NCBI GenBank assembly: GCA_034428575.1
Contig: DAOUHP010000114.1
Span: forward strand, 1 to 56,959
DNA length: 56,959 bases
DNA from: Dehalococcoidia bacterium
GTDB lineage: Bacteria; Chloroflexota; Dehalococcoidia; Lucifugimonadales; Australimonadaceae
Direction: 5' to 3'
In this document: one piece after another, positions 37,617 to 47,019 of the stretch
Position numbering within the stretch: the stretch's first letter is position 1
Layout: each line of letters opens with the position of its first letter
Notes under the pieces: generated by a model
The model's database searches: none
Seen by the model: the letters and a program-made list of their open reading frames with translations, nothing else
Told to the model about the DNA's origin: nothing
Program-made: the position numbers and the translations under genes

Positions 37617-37956
37617 CTCGTCTCCCAGCAGGGTAGGCGCTGATCAGCCTGGGGCTGCTGCCTCCCCTGTCTATCATCCAAACGCTTCTGACGCCAGGGT
37701 TGCGTCCATCAGGCGATTCCAGCATACCATCCACACTGTAGCGGACGCCAAAGTCATCTTCTCGCTCCATCACCGCTTCGTGGCTTGCCCCGTGAAGGCG
37801 CAATGCGTTGGCGAAGTCTTCCCACCGCTCCCCGCTGAACCCGAACCCGAGAAAGAACTCGGCCTTGTCGCGGCCTTTCTCATGCTCGGTTGACAGCAAG
37901 TAGTCCACGACCTTCGCGCGGTCGACGCGGGCCTGCTCCGCGTTCGGAAGCCTCAC
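37597..37956 (-). CDS. DUF6883 domain protein
   Basis: LPNAEQARVDRAKVVDYLLSTEHEKGRDKAEFFLGFGF ... VWMIDRGGSSPRLISAYP. GTG start 1 nt after the acyl-CoA ligase stop. Confidence 0.7.
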   Translation of the reverse strand: MRLPNAEQARVDRAKVVDYLLSTEHEKGRDKAEFFLGFGFSGERWEDFANALRLHGASHEAVMEREDDFGVRYSVDGMLESPDGRNPGVRSVWMIDRGGSSPRLISAYPAGRRDETQGA

Positions 37957-37957
37957 C

Positions 37958-39565
37958 TCACCCCCCGAACCTACTGCGGAGCTCGTTCTTGAGCACCTTG
38001 CCGAGCGCGTTGCGTGGGAGCTCGGACACGAACGTCACCTGCTCCGGGCGCTTGAACCGCGCGAGCGTGTGGCACGCGTCCAGCAGCGACTCCTCCGACG
38101 GCTCGGCACCCGGCGTCGCCACGACGACCGCGACGACGCGCTCACCCCACGTTTCGTCCGGCACGCCGATCACGGCGCACTCCTCGACACCCGGGCAGCC
38201 GTGCAGCAGGTGCTCCACCTCCTCGGGCGCGACCATCTCGCCGCCGCGCTTGATGAAGTCCTTGGCGCGTCCGGTCAGGTAGATGTAGCCGTCCTCGTCC
38301 ATGTAGCCGAGGTCGCCCGTGAAGAGCCAACCGCCGTGCACGGTCTGCGCCGTCGCCTCCGGCTGCCCCCAGTAGCCCCGCATCAGGCGCGGGCCGCGCG
38401 CCGCGATCTCTCCCTGCTCGTTTACCGCCAGCTCGTTGCCGTCCTCGTCGACGATGCGCACCTCGACGTCCGGCAGAGGCCTGCCGATGCTGCGCAGGTG
38501 GCGGCGGCGCTTCTCGACGATCTCCGGCGGCCCCTCCAGCACGTGGTCCTCCGGCGGCACCATCGCGATCGTCGAGCCCGTTTCCGTCTGCCCGAACGCG
38601 TTGATGAATTGCACGCCCGGCATCGCCGCGACCGCCCGCTCGATCACGGGCGGCGGCATCGACGCCCCGCCGTAGGTCAGCACGCGCAGGCTGGAGAGAT
38701 CGTGGTCAGCGAACTCCGGGTGGTCCAGCAACTGCTTGAGCATCGTCGGGACGATGAGCGCGCGCTCGATGCGGTGCTCCTGGACGAGCGCCATCCACTC
38801 GTGCGGCTCGAACTGGCGCTGCAGGACGACGGTGCGTCCGCCGAACACGCCCGCGAGCGCGGCCTGCAGGCCCGCGATGTGGTAGAGCGGCAGCGTCAGC
38901 AGCGTCCGCTCTTCCTCGTCCGGGTCCGGCGGCTCCATGTTCGCGAGCATGAACGACGTGAAGCTGTCGTGGGAGAGCATCACGGCCTTCGGCTGCCCCG
39001 TGGTCCCCGCCGTGTAGAGCAGCACGGCGGTCTCGTCGGGCGAACCCTCCGGGAAGAGCATCTCGTCCGCGTCGGCCTCCCCCACGAGGTCCTCGTAGGA
39101 GCGCCAGCCGTCCGGCGACGCGCCGCCGTCTACCGCGAGGACGCTCGCGGACGCGGCGTCGCCGGCCAGCCCCGCGATGAGCGGCGCGTACCGCTCGCCC
39201 GCGATGACCGCCTTCGGCGACGCGTGCCGCAGCGGGTAGCCGACCTCCTCGCCGTGGCCGCGGAAGTTCAGCGGCACGTAGACGGCATCGAGCCGCGCGG
39301 CAGCGAAGTACGTCTCGAAGTGAACGGGCGTGTTGACGTCCATCACTGCGACGCGGTCGCCCGGTCCCACGCCGGATGCGGCGAGCGCGTTGGCGAGCCG
39401 GTTCGCCCGGTCCGCGAGTCCTGCGTAGGTGAGCGTGACGCCGTCGTGGACGAGCGCGTCGCGATCGGGCACGATGGCGGCGGCGATGGTCAGGATGTCG
39501 TGGGTGTGCAAGCGGATGCCTTCCAGTGGGAAGTTAGCGTAGCCGAGCGGCGAGCCGCCGTTCAA
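37958..39565 (-). CDS. AMP-forming acyl-CoA synthetase / fatty-acid--CoA ligase
   Basis: AMP-binding motif LLYTAGTTGQPKAV, YGQTE-like FGQTETG, and C-terminal GKVLKNELR. The TTG start at 39565 is uncertain. Confidence 0.88.
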   Translation of the reverse strand: MNGGSPLGYANFPLEGIRLHTHDILTIAAAIVPDRDALVHDGVTLTYAGLADRANRLANALAASGVGPGDRVAVMDVNTPVHFETYFAAARLDAVYVPLNFRGHGEEVGYPLRHASPKAVIAGERYAPLIAGLAGDAASASVLAVDGGASPDGWRSYEDLVGEADADEMLFPEGSPDETAVLLYTAGTTGQPKAVMLSHDSFTSFMLANMEPPDPDEEERTLLTLPLYHIAGLQAALAGVFGGRTVVLQRQFEPHEWMALVQEHRIERALIVPTMLKQLLDHPEFADHDLSSLRVLTYGGASMPPPVIERAVAAMPGVQFINAFGQTETGSTIAMVPPEDHVLEGPPEIVEKRRRHLRSIGRPLPDVEVRIVDEDGNELAVNEQGEIAARGPRLMRGYWGQPEATAQTVHGGWLFTGDLGYMDEDGYIYLTGRAKDFIKRGGEMVAPEEVEHLLHGCPGVEECAVIGVPDETWGERVVAVVVATPGAEPSEESLLDACHTLARFKRPEQVTFVSELPRNALGKVLKNELRSRFGG

Positions 39566-40262
39566 GCCGCAGCCCGTCGGCGAGCGTCATCTCCGCGCCC
39601 TCGTTAACCGCGCGTTTCGCCAGGGCGAGCGCCTCTGCAGGCGCGGACGCGACGTCACGCAGGCGCGCTTCGCCCACGACATGGAGTTGCTCACGCGGCA
39701 CGAGCCAGTCGACGAACCCGGCGCGCACGGCCTCGCTCGACGACGTCCGTCTGCCTGTGAGCGCGAGCTCCATCGCGCGCGGCAGCCCGACGATGCGCGG
39801 CAGCGATTGCGTGCCGCCGGCCGAGGGAATGAGGCCGAGCGACGCCTCCGGCAGCGCGAATACGGCATCCTGCGATGCGATGCGGAGGTCGCACAGCGCG
39901 GCGATCTCGACGCCGGAGCCGAAGCAGTAGCCGTGCACGGCGGCCATCGTGGGCTTCGGCAGTTCCGCCAGTGCGCTCCAGACGTCGCGAGCCCACCGCA
40001 CGTAACGGGCGATCGCCTGGGATGGCGCAGTGCCGAACTCGGTGAGGTCTGCCCCTGCGCAGAAGCCGCGCTCCCCGTCGCCGACGATGAGCAAGCCGCG
40101 AACCTCGGCGTCGTCGCGGACCGCGGTCAGTGCCTCGGAGAGCTCGTCGCGCATCCGCACGTTGAACGCGTTGACCACGTCCGGGCGGGACAGCGTGACG
40201 ACCGCGAGCACGGCGTCTGCGCCGGCCCGCTTCTCGTAGCGCAGCGTCTCGAAACCGCTCAT
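39534..40262 (-). CDS. Enoyl-CoA hydratase/isomerase (crotonase) family protein
   Basis: Canonical FCAGADL oxyanion-hole segment, GYCFGSGVEIALCDLRIA, and PEASLGLIPSAGGTQ. Confidence 0.88.
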   Translation of the reverse strand: MSGFETLRYEKRAGADAVLAVVTLSRPDVVNAFNVRMRDELSEALTAVRDDAEVRGLLIVGDGERGFCAGADLTEFGTAPSQAIARYVRWARDVWSALAELPKPTMAAVHGYCFGSGVEIAALCDLRIASQDAVFALPEASLGLIPSAGGTQSLPRIVGLPRAMELALTGRRTSSSEAVRAGFVDWLVPREQLHVVGEARLRDVASAPAEALALAKRAVNEGAEMTLADGLRLERRLAARLR

Positions 40263-40278
40263 CGCCCCTCGAACCCTC

Positions 40279-40953
40279 TCACCGGCCCTCGAACCGGGGT
40301 TTCCGTTTCTCGGCGAAGGCGCGTAGTCCCTCCGCGCGGTCGGCGGTCGAGTGCAGCAGGATGCTGAGGTCCGCCTCCAGCCGCATCCCCTCGCGCAGCG
40401 GGAGGTCGGCGGACGCGGCGATGGCCTCCTTCACGTACTGCGCCGCGATGGACCCCGCCTGGGCGATGTCGGCTGCGAGCGCCTCCGCGTCGTCGGGGTC
40501 GAGGATGTCGTGTACGAGCCCTGCGCGGAGCGCGTCGTCCGCGTCCAGCGTCTCCCCGGTGAGCAGCAGGCGCAGCGCCTGTCCCCGGCCCACCGCCCGC
40601 GTGAGCCGCTGCGTCCCGCCGTGCGACGGGAGTCGTCCCTCGCGAACGTGGCCCATGCGGAACGTCGCCGACTCGCCCGCGATGCGGACGTCGGCCGCCA
40701 GCGCGAGTTCGAGCGCCTCGTCGTGGCAGTCGCCGTCCACCCAGGCCACGACGGGGATGCGGAGGGCCGCCTGGGCGGCGACGGGATCGTCGTCCGACGC
40801 GTCGCGTATGGACGCGCCTATGGTGCTCCAGTCGCCGGAGAGCAGCAGCACACGCGCATCGGCATCCGCGTCGAGTGCAAGGAGCGCAGCGGTCAGAGCC
40901 GCGGCGTCCGAGCCGAGCGTGAGCTGGGCGATCCGGTTGGGGGAGTCAGTCAC
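40279..40953 (-). CDS. Divergent crotonase-fold protein (canonical active-site segments degenerate)
   Basis: C-terminal half is crotonase-like (GGTQRLTRAVGRGQALRLLLTGE, AEGLRAFAEKRKPRF). The FxAGxD segment is replaced by GDWSTIGASIRD. The GTG start overlaps the higA stop (GTGA). Confidence 0.72.
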   Translation of the reverse strand: MTDSPNRIAQLTLGSDAAALTAALLALDADADARVLLLSGDWSTIGASIRDASDDDPVAAQAALRIPVVAWVDGDCHDEALELALAADVRIAGESATFRMGHVREGRLPSHGGTQRLTRAVGRGQALRLLLTGETLDADDALRAGLVHDILDPDDAEALAADIAQAGSIAAQYVKEAIAASADLPLREGMRLEADLSILLHSTADRAEGLRAFAEKRKPRFEGR

Positions 40954-41285
40954 CCCGGAGTCTCCTCATCCCCTGCCTGTGCAAAATTTGTGATGGCCAC
41001 CTGGCACTCGGGGAACTCGGCAACTATCTTCAAGTGCCCGCCGACCGCCTCGATGTAGGAGCGGAGGTTAGAGACATACATATCGGCGCGCCGCTCAAGC
41101 TTGGCGACCGCCGGTTGCTTGACGTGTAGAGCATCCGCTATGGCTTGCTGTGTCAATGCCCGGGCATTGCGCACCTCGTGCAGCGCCATCTCCGCGCGCA
41201 TCTCGGCTTTCTTTCTTTCGATGCGCTCCCGCTGCTCCGGGGTGAAGTGTGCAGTCAACTCACTGAAGGGGCGGCGTCCGCTCAT
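40950..41285 (-). CDS. higA: XRE-family HTH antitoxin (HigA-like)
   Basis: HTH LTQQAIADALHVKQPAVAKLE. One-base overlap with the upstream toxin gene. Confidence 0.8.
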   Translation of the reverse strand: MSGRRPFSELTAHFTPEQRERIERKKAEMRAEMALHEVRNARALTQQAIADALHVKQPAVAKLERRADMYVSNLRSYIEAVGGHLKIVAEFPECQVAITNFAQAGDEETPG

Positions 41286-41644
41286 CAGATCATTCCCTCC
41301 TTCCGCAACTCATCCAAGTGCTCATCGTAGAGCCGGTCGGCTATCGGTATGTAGCGTTCGTAGAACTGGGAGTCGCCGGTCTTGTCCCCGCCTATCAAGA
41401 GGATAGCTGACCGCAGGGGGTCGAAAGCGTAGAAGACCCGTAGCGGTTGGCCACCGCTCTGTACCCGTAGTTCCCGCATGTGACCATGACGCGACCCGTT
41501 AACACCCGAAGAGTACGGGTACCCCAAGTGGGGACCACGCTCTATCAACAACTCAACCCCGGCGGTGAGGTTCTCCTGCTCGCCTGTTGTGAGCCCTTGC
41601 CACCAATCGTTGAACTCATCCGTAAACTCAACGTCCCAAGTCAC
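41285..41644 (-). CDS. higB: RelE/HigB-type toxin (phage Gp49-like)
   Basis: LRVFYAFDPLRSAILLIGGDKTGD matches the Gp49/HigB family pattern. Toxin-first gene order. Confidence 0.8.
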   Translation of the reverse strand: MTWDVEFTDEFNDWWQGLTTGEQENLTAGVELLIERGPHLGYPYSSGVNGSRHGHMRELRVQSGGQPLRVFYAFDPLRSAILLIGGDKTGDSQFYERYIPIADRLYDEHLDELRKEGMI

Positions 41645-41719
41645 TGTTGCAGTGTATTCCTTATGAGGAATGTCGTCAATGGATCCTTCCTCCTACGCCC
41701 ACTCCCAGCCACGCGCCTC

Positions 41720-41749
41720 TTGACAGCCTGAGCGGACTCCCCGTACGAT
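41720..41749 (+). promoter_or_regulatory. Candidate groESL promoter TTGACA-18 nt-TACGAT
   Basis: Perfect -35 hexamer at 41720-41725 and a -10-like TACGAT at 41744-41749, immediately upstream of CIRCE. Confidence 0.5.
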
Positions 41750-41759
41750 GCTCGGCGGA

Positions 41760-41786
41760 TTAGCAGTCAGGCCAATCGACTGCTAA
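41760..41786 (+). promoter_or_regulatory. CIRCE-type inverted repeat (HrcA operator)
   Basis: TTAGCAGTC-N9-GACTGCTAA versus the consensus TTAGCACTC-N9-GAGTGCTAA; about 60 nt upstream of groES. Confidence 0.8.
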
Positions 41787-41844
41787 CAGACTATTAAGGC
41801 GAGTGCTAGCAGATGCACACGCTGAATGCCAAAAGGAGGTAGCC

Positions 41845-42138
41845 ATGGCGAGAAGTCTGCAGCCCTTGGGCGACCGCATCGTCGTGAAAGCGACGGAGCA
41901 GGAGACCCAGACCAAGAGCGGTATCTACATCCCGGACAGCGCGAAGGAACGGCCCCAGGAGGGCAGTGTCATAGCGGTCGGCCCCGGTCGGGTCACCGAC
42001 GACGGCAACCGGCTCGAGATGTCCGTGGCGGTCGGCGACAACGTTATCTACTCCAAGTTCGCCGGCACCGAGTTCGAGGACGACGGCGAAGAGTACCTGA
42101 TCATGAGGGAGACGGACGTCCTGGCCAAGGTTGGCTAG
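41845..42138 (+). CDS. groES: Co-chaperonin GroES
   Basis: LQPLGDRIVVK...SGIYIPDSAKE...EYLIMRETDVLAKV. AAAAGGAGG SD. Confidence 0.95.
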   Translation: MARSLQPLGDRIVVKATEQETQTKSGIYIPDSAKERPQEGSVIAVGPGRVTDDGNRLEMSVAVGDNVIYSKFAGTEFEDDGEEYLIMRETDVLAKVG

Positions 42139-42190
42139 AGCCCCGTGCAGCACGCGCCCATCCCGGCGCGCATCACAGAAAGAGGAGTAA

Positions 42191-43816
<1,626 letters not shown>

Positions 43817-43843
43817 TCCAGAACGCCACACGGCTCACATGAG

Positions 43844-43875
43844 GAAGCCCCTGCGCTCGCAGGGGCTTCTTTCTC
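43844..43875. terminator. Rho-independent-type terminator after groEL
   Basis: gaagcccctgc-gctc-gcaggggcttc followed by tttct. Sits between convergent genes. Confidence 0.7.
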
Positions 43876-43896
43876 GTTAACGGGGAGACTGTCTCC

Positions 43897-44400
43897 TCAC
43901 TCCCGCAATCTCCGCAACCCGGCGATCACGGTCGCCAGGCCGCTGGCGAGGGCGTCCTGATACTCCACGACCTCGTTATGAGTGAGCGTCCGCCCCCCAC
44001 CGTTCTCACCGTCGAACGTGATTCCCCCGCCGAAAGGGAAGTAGTCGGCCCACCTGCGCATGACGTCGTTCAGCCGTTCGTTGTGGTAGTCGGGGTATGC
44101 GGCGCCGAATGAGAAGTCGCGGAGCCCTGCCCAGCAGACCCTGCCCGGCTCGGGGAAGAACCATGCAACCGTTACCGGCGGGTCCCATATCTCCTTCGGC
44201 ACGTTTACCCGTATCGAAAGTCCCTGGCCACTCCAGACAACCTTCGCGCCACTCTCGCGAGCAACATCGAGAACGTGCTTCGCGGCCGCGCGTACGGCTT
44301 CCCTGGGAAGCAGACTATAGAACTCATCCTCGCGTTCGAATGGCCGTTCATCCAGCGGCTCCAGCGTGTCTCCCGTCATCACAAAGACCTCCTCAGCCAT
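43897..44400 (-). CDS. Hypothetical 167-aa protein
   Basis: C-terminal part of ORF 43897..44901(-). Start set to ATG 44400 (MAEEVFV) with a GGAG SD. The longer version is the antisense of the neighbouring PT linker. Confidence 0.55.
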   Translation of the reverse strand: MAEEVFVMTGDTLEPLDERPFEREDEFYSLLPREAVRAAAKHVLDVARESGAKVVWSGQGLSIRVNVPKEIWDPPVTVAWFFPEPGRVCWAGLRDFSFGAAYPDYHNERLNDVMRRWADYFPFGGGITFDGENGGGRTLTHNEVVEYQDALASGLATVIAGLRRLRE

Positions 44401-44491
44401 CGGCCATAGCTCCATCGGGCTGCAGACTATACCAACATTTCGGCCCACCCCCATCCTCCCTCCCCTTGCCGCTCCTTCCCCTTTGCCGCTC

Positions 44492-46954
44492 ATGGTGAGC
44501 CTGTCGAACCACGCCACAGGTAGTACACTCCCCTCACCCTCGGACGGAGCAACGCCCCTTTTGCGAACGACCGCCCTCCTTGCCTTGGCGCTCCTCGCCC
44601 TCGCCGGCTGCGCCCAAGCGACGCCGACTCCCGCACCCACGGCTACGCCCTCTCCTACTGCGACGCCGACCACTACGCCTACTCCTACCGCCACGCCCAC
44701 GCCAACCTCGACTCCGACTCCTGCGCCAACCGCAACGCCAACCCCGACTCCGACGGCGACCGCGACTCCTACCGCCACGCCCACGCCAGCCCCGCCACAT
44801 TTCGCCGTCTGGGTGGGGCTGGATGGCAGCGCCCGCCTGGACGAGAGCGCGCCTGAAGCATCAGCGCTGATCACATCCCTGGCCTGGATAGCAGACGGCA
44901 TCAGCGAGTCCGAGCGCCACGCTGCGCAGGCGCTCGTGGACCTTGGCCTCGCTCAGGCATCGACCCTTCACGTCTTCACGGCCAAGCCTTGGATCGCCGA
45001 TTGGCTGAACGGACCGGAGGTCGCTGTCGTGCAGAGCCTGGGTACTATCGCGCGGAACCATGAGAGCGTAGCCCTGGACCTGGTTGCCAAGCCCTTCCTA
45101 CGGACCGTCGAAGCTGTCGACGCCTTCCTCCTCGACGAGTTCGAAGCGGAATGGGGGAACTACAACTCTCCAACCGCGGGAGACCTCGCCGACGCCATCG
45201 ACGTGCTCGCCGGCGAGTCATGGGTGGCCGACGGGCTCGACGAGCGCGAGCGCGCCATATTGGAGAGGCTGAAGGGCGCACAAGGCGGATTCACCACTGT
45301 CTACTGGCGGGAGACATTCGCCCTCCTCATCAGCGCAGTGGCAAATGAGTCGTGGGTAACCGACGGGCTGGATGAGCAAGAGTGGGCCCTGCTCGAGATG
45401 TTCACGAACCAGAATTGGCAGGCCTCCGTTCACTTCATCGGTGCCTTGCCCGGTGAAGCGTGGGTGCGGGATGGCTTGGACGAGAGCGAACGCTTCCTGC
45501 TGCAATTGGAGACGGCCGGGTTATCCGCTGCGGAGAGCGCCGCGTTCCTGCGCTTCGCCGGCGCAATGGCCGGTCAGCCATGGGTACGGGACGGCCTCAC
45601 TGCGCCTGAAAGATGGCTGCTGTCCGCCCTGAAGTGGGAGGACACCTCCCACGGAGGGCCTGATGATGCCGCTCGCCTGCTGGTCCTCAGTGTGCTCGTG
45701 AGCGAACCCTGGTTTCGAGACGGGTTGAACGAATGGGATAGAAACCACGCGCTGCACCTCGCAGCGACCGCTCCCACGCACGCCAGGCATATCCTGGGCG
45801 CAGCGTGGGTCCAGGACGGCATGGATGAGAATGAACTCATCTTCCTCAGGCGCGCCCTTGCCGACACCACCGGCACTCGTTTCCGCAAGATGGCGGACCC
45901 ATCGTTCCGCATCGTCGTGGAGGAGCGCGTCATCACTTTGCCACTGTCGGGCGAGGTGCCGCTGGTCATCATCCGTACGGGGCCGGGGCCGGCGCGCAGC
46001 ATGGACGGACTCGAATACGCCGTTCGCAGCGTCGAGGATGTGCTGGAGCGGACACTGCCTGTTCCTGCCGTGCGGTTGCTCTTCAATCCCTTCGAAGGCT
46101 GGGCCGGCAACGCCGGGGACCACCTGGTCTTTCCTGCCGACACCGATGGAACGGACTGGCTCGACATCGCCCTCGTCCATGAGGTTGCCCACTACTACGG
46201 CAGGAAAGGACACCTGTGGGCGTCAGAGGGGGCGGCGAGCACCATCGAGGACCTCGTGGCCAAACCCGTGAATGGCAGGCCTGTGGACGCGCACAACTAC
46301 CCTTGTGCTCATGCCGCAGGCATCGCTGAACTGGAGCGCAACCCGCACTTCCTCTGCAACTATTCGTTGGGCAAGCGCATCTTCGTAGACATGTATCGCG
46401 CTCTGGGTGAGGAATTGTTCCTGCAAGGCTTTCGGGACTTCCACTCCGAGCGCTTCGACATACACGGTTTCCGCAGGGCGTTCGCGAGCGCCGCCCCCGC
46501 CCAGGCCGATGCTGTCGATGCGGTGGTGGACCGTTGGTACAACGGCCCGCAGCCGCGGGGCGTCTCACTGCCGGATACGGGACCGGTCAGCCCCGTGCTG
46601 GAAGGCCTCCGGGGACGAGTAGATTCGGTGGACCTGGTGCTGATCGATGGTTCGCCCGCAGTGCCCGTCAACGCGCAGACGGCGGCCCAGGGGGTATGGA
46701 TCAGGTTGGAGTTCTCCTTCCAACGCCCTGGCGCTCGGGAGGTTCCGATGACGATCATCGGCTATTTCGAGGACGGCTTTACGTTCCGGCGTACCGTGCA
46801 TTCCTTCAGGATCGAAGAAGGGCGTACCGAACACGTACAGCTGGAGTGGCTCGGTCTCCCCACGTCTGGCTCTGACCTCGTCTCCGGCCAGTACCGCCTG
46901 GACTTCTACCACGAGGACAACAAGGTGGCTGAGGCTGCCTTCGAGATCGACTGA
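44492..46954 (+). CDS. Secreted lipoprotein: PT-rich linker, about 8 W-x-DG-x-E-x-E repeats, and a C-terminal HExxH (gluzincin/M1-like) metallopeptidase domain
   Basis: Lipobox LLALAGC, HEVAHYY...LWASEG motif, repeats read directly. The true start is probably TTG 44561 (MRTTALLALALLALAGC), because ATG 44492 lies inside a repeat element. Confidence 0.8.
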   Translation: MVSLSNHATGSTLPSPSDGATPLLRTTALLALALLALAGCAQATPTPAPTATPSPTATPTTTPTPTATPTPTSTPTPAPTATPTPTPTATATPTATPTPAPPHFAVWVGLDGSARLDESAPEASALITSLAWIADGISESERHAAQALVDLGLAQASTLHVFTAKPWIADWLNGPEVAVVQSLGTIARNHESVALDLVAKPFLRTVEAVDAFLLDEFEAEWGNYNSPTAGDLADAIDVLAGESWVADGLDERERAILERLKGAQGGFTTVYWRETFALLISAVANESWVTDGLDEQEWALLEMFTNQNWQASVHFIGALPGEAWVRDGLDESERFLLQLETAGLSAAESAAFLRFAGAMAGQPWVRDGLTAPERWLLSALKWEDTSHGGPDDAARLLVLSVLVSEPWFRDGLNEWDRNHALHLAATAPTHARHILGAAWVQDGMDENELIFLRRALADTTGTRFRKMADPSFRIVVEERVITLPLSGEVPLVIIRTGPGPARSMDGLEYAVRSVEDVLERTLPVPAVRLLFNPFEGWAGNAGDHLVFPADTDGTDWLDIALVHEVAHYYGRKGHLWASEGAASTIEDLVAKPVNGRPVDAHNYPCAHAAGIAELERNPHFLCNYSLGKRIFVDMYRALGEELFLQGFRDFHSERFDIHGFRRAFASAAPAQADAVDAVVDRWYNGPQPRGVSLPDTGPVSPVLEGLRGRVDSVDLVLIDGSPAVPVNAQTAAQGVWIRLEFSFQRPGAREVPMTIIGYFEDGFTFRRTVHSFRIEEGRTEHVQLEWLGLPTSGSDLVSGQYRLDFYHEDNKVAEAAFEID

Positions 46955-47019
46955 GCCGGACTGGTCCACCCTGTCCATCGATATTCATTCCCTCCGCCCG
47001 AATCCGTTATCCTGTATGC

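Noticed and set aside
38069-39607. 512-aa plus-strand ORF
   Set aside because: It is antisense to the acyl-CoA synthetase gene, which has clear AMP-binding motifs. The product is Arg-rich with no recognisable motifs.
43897-44901. Full 334-aa version of the minus-strand ORF, with a long (GVGVAV)n N-terminus
   Set aside because: The N-terminal half is the antisense reading of the PT linker of the lipoprotein gene. Only the C-terminal 167 aa, from ATG 44400 with an SD, look like a real protein.
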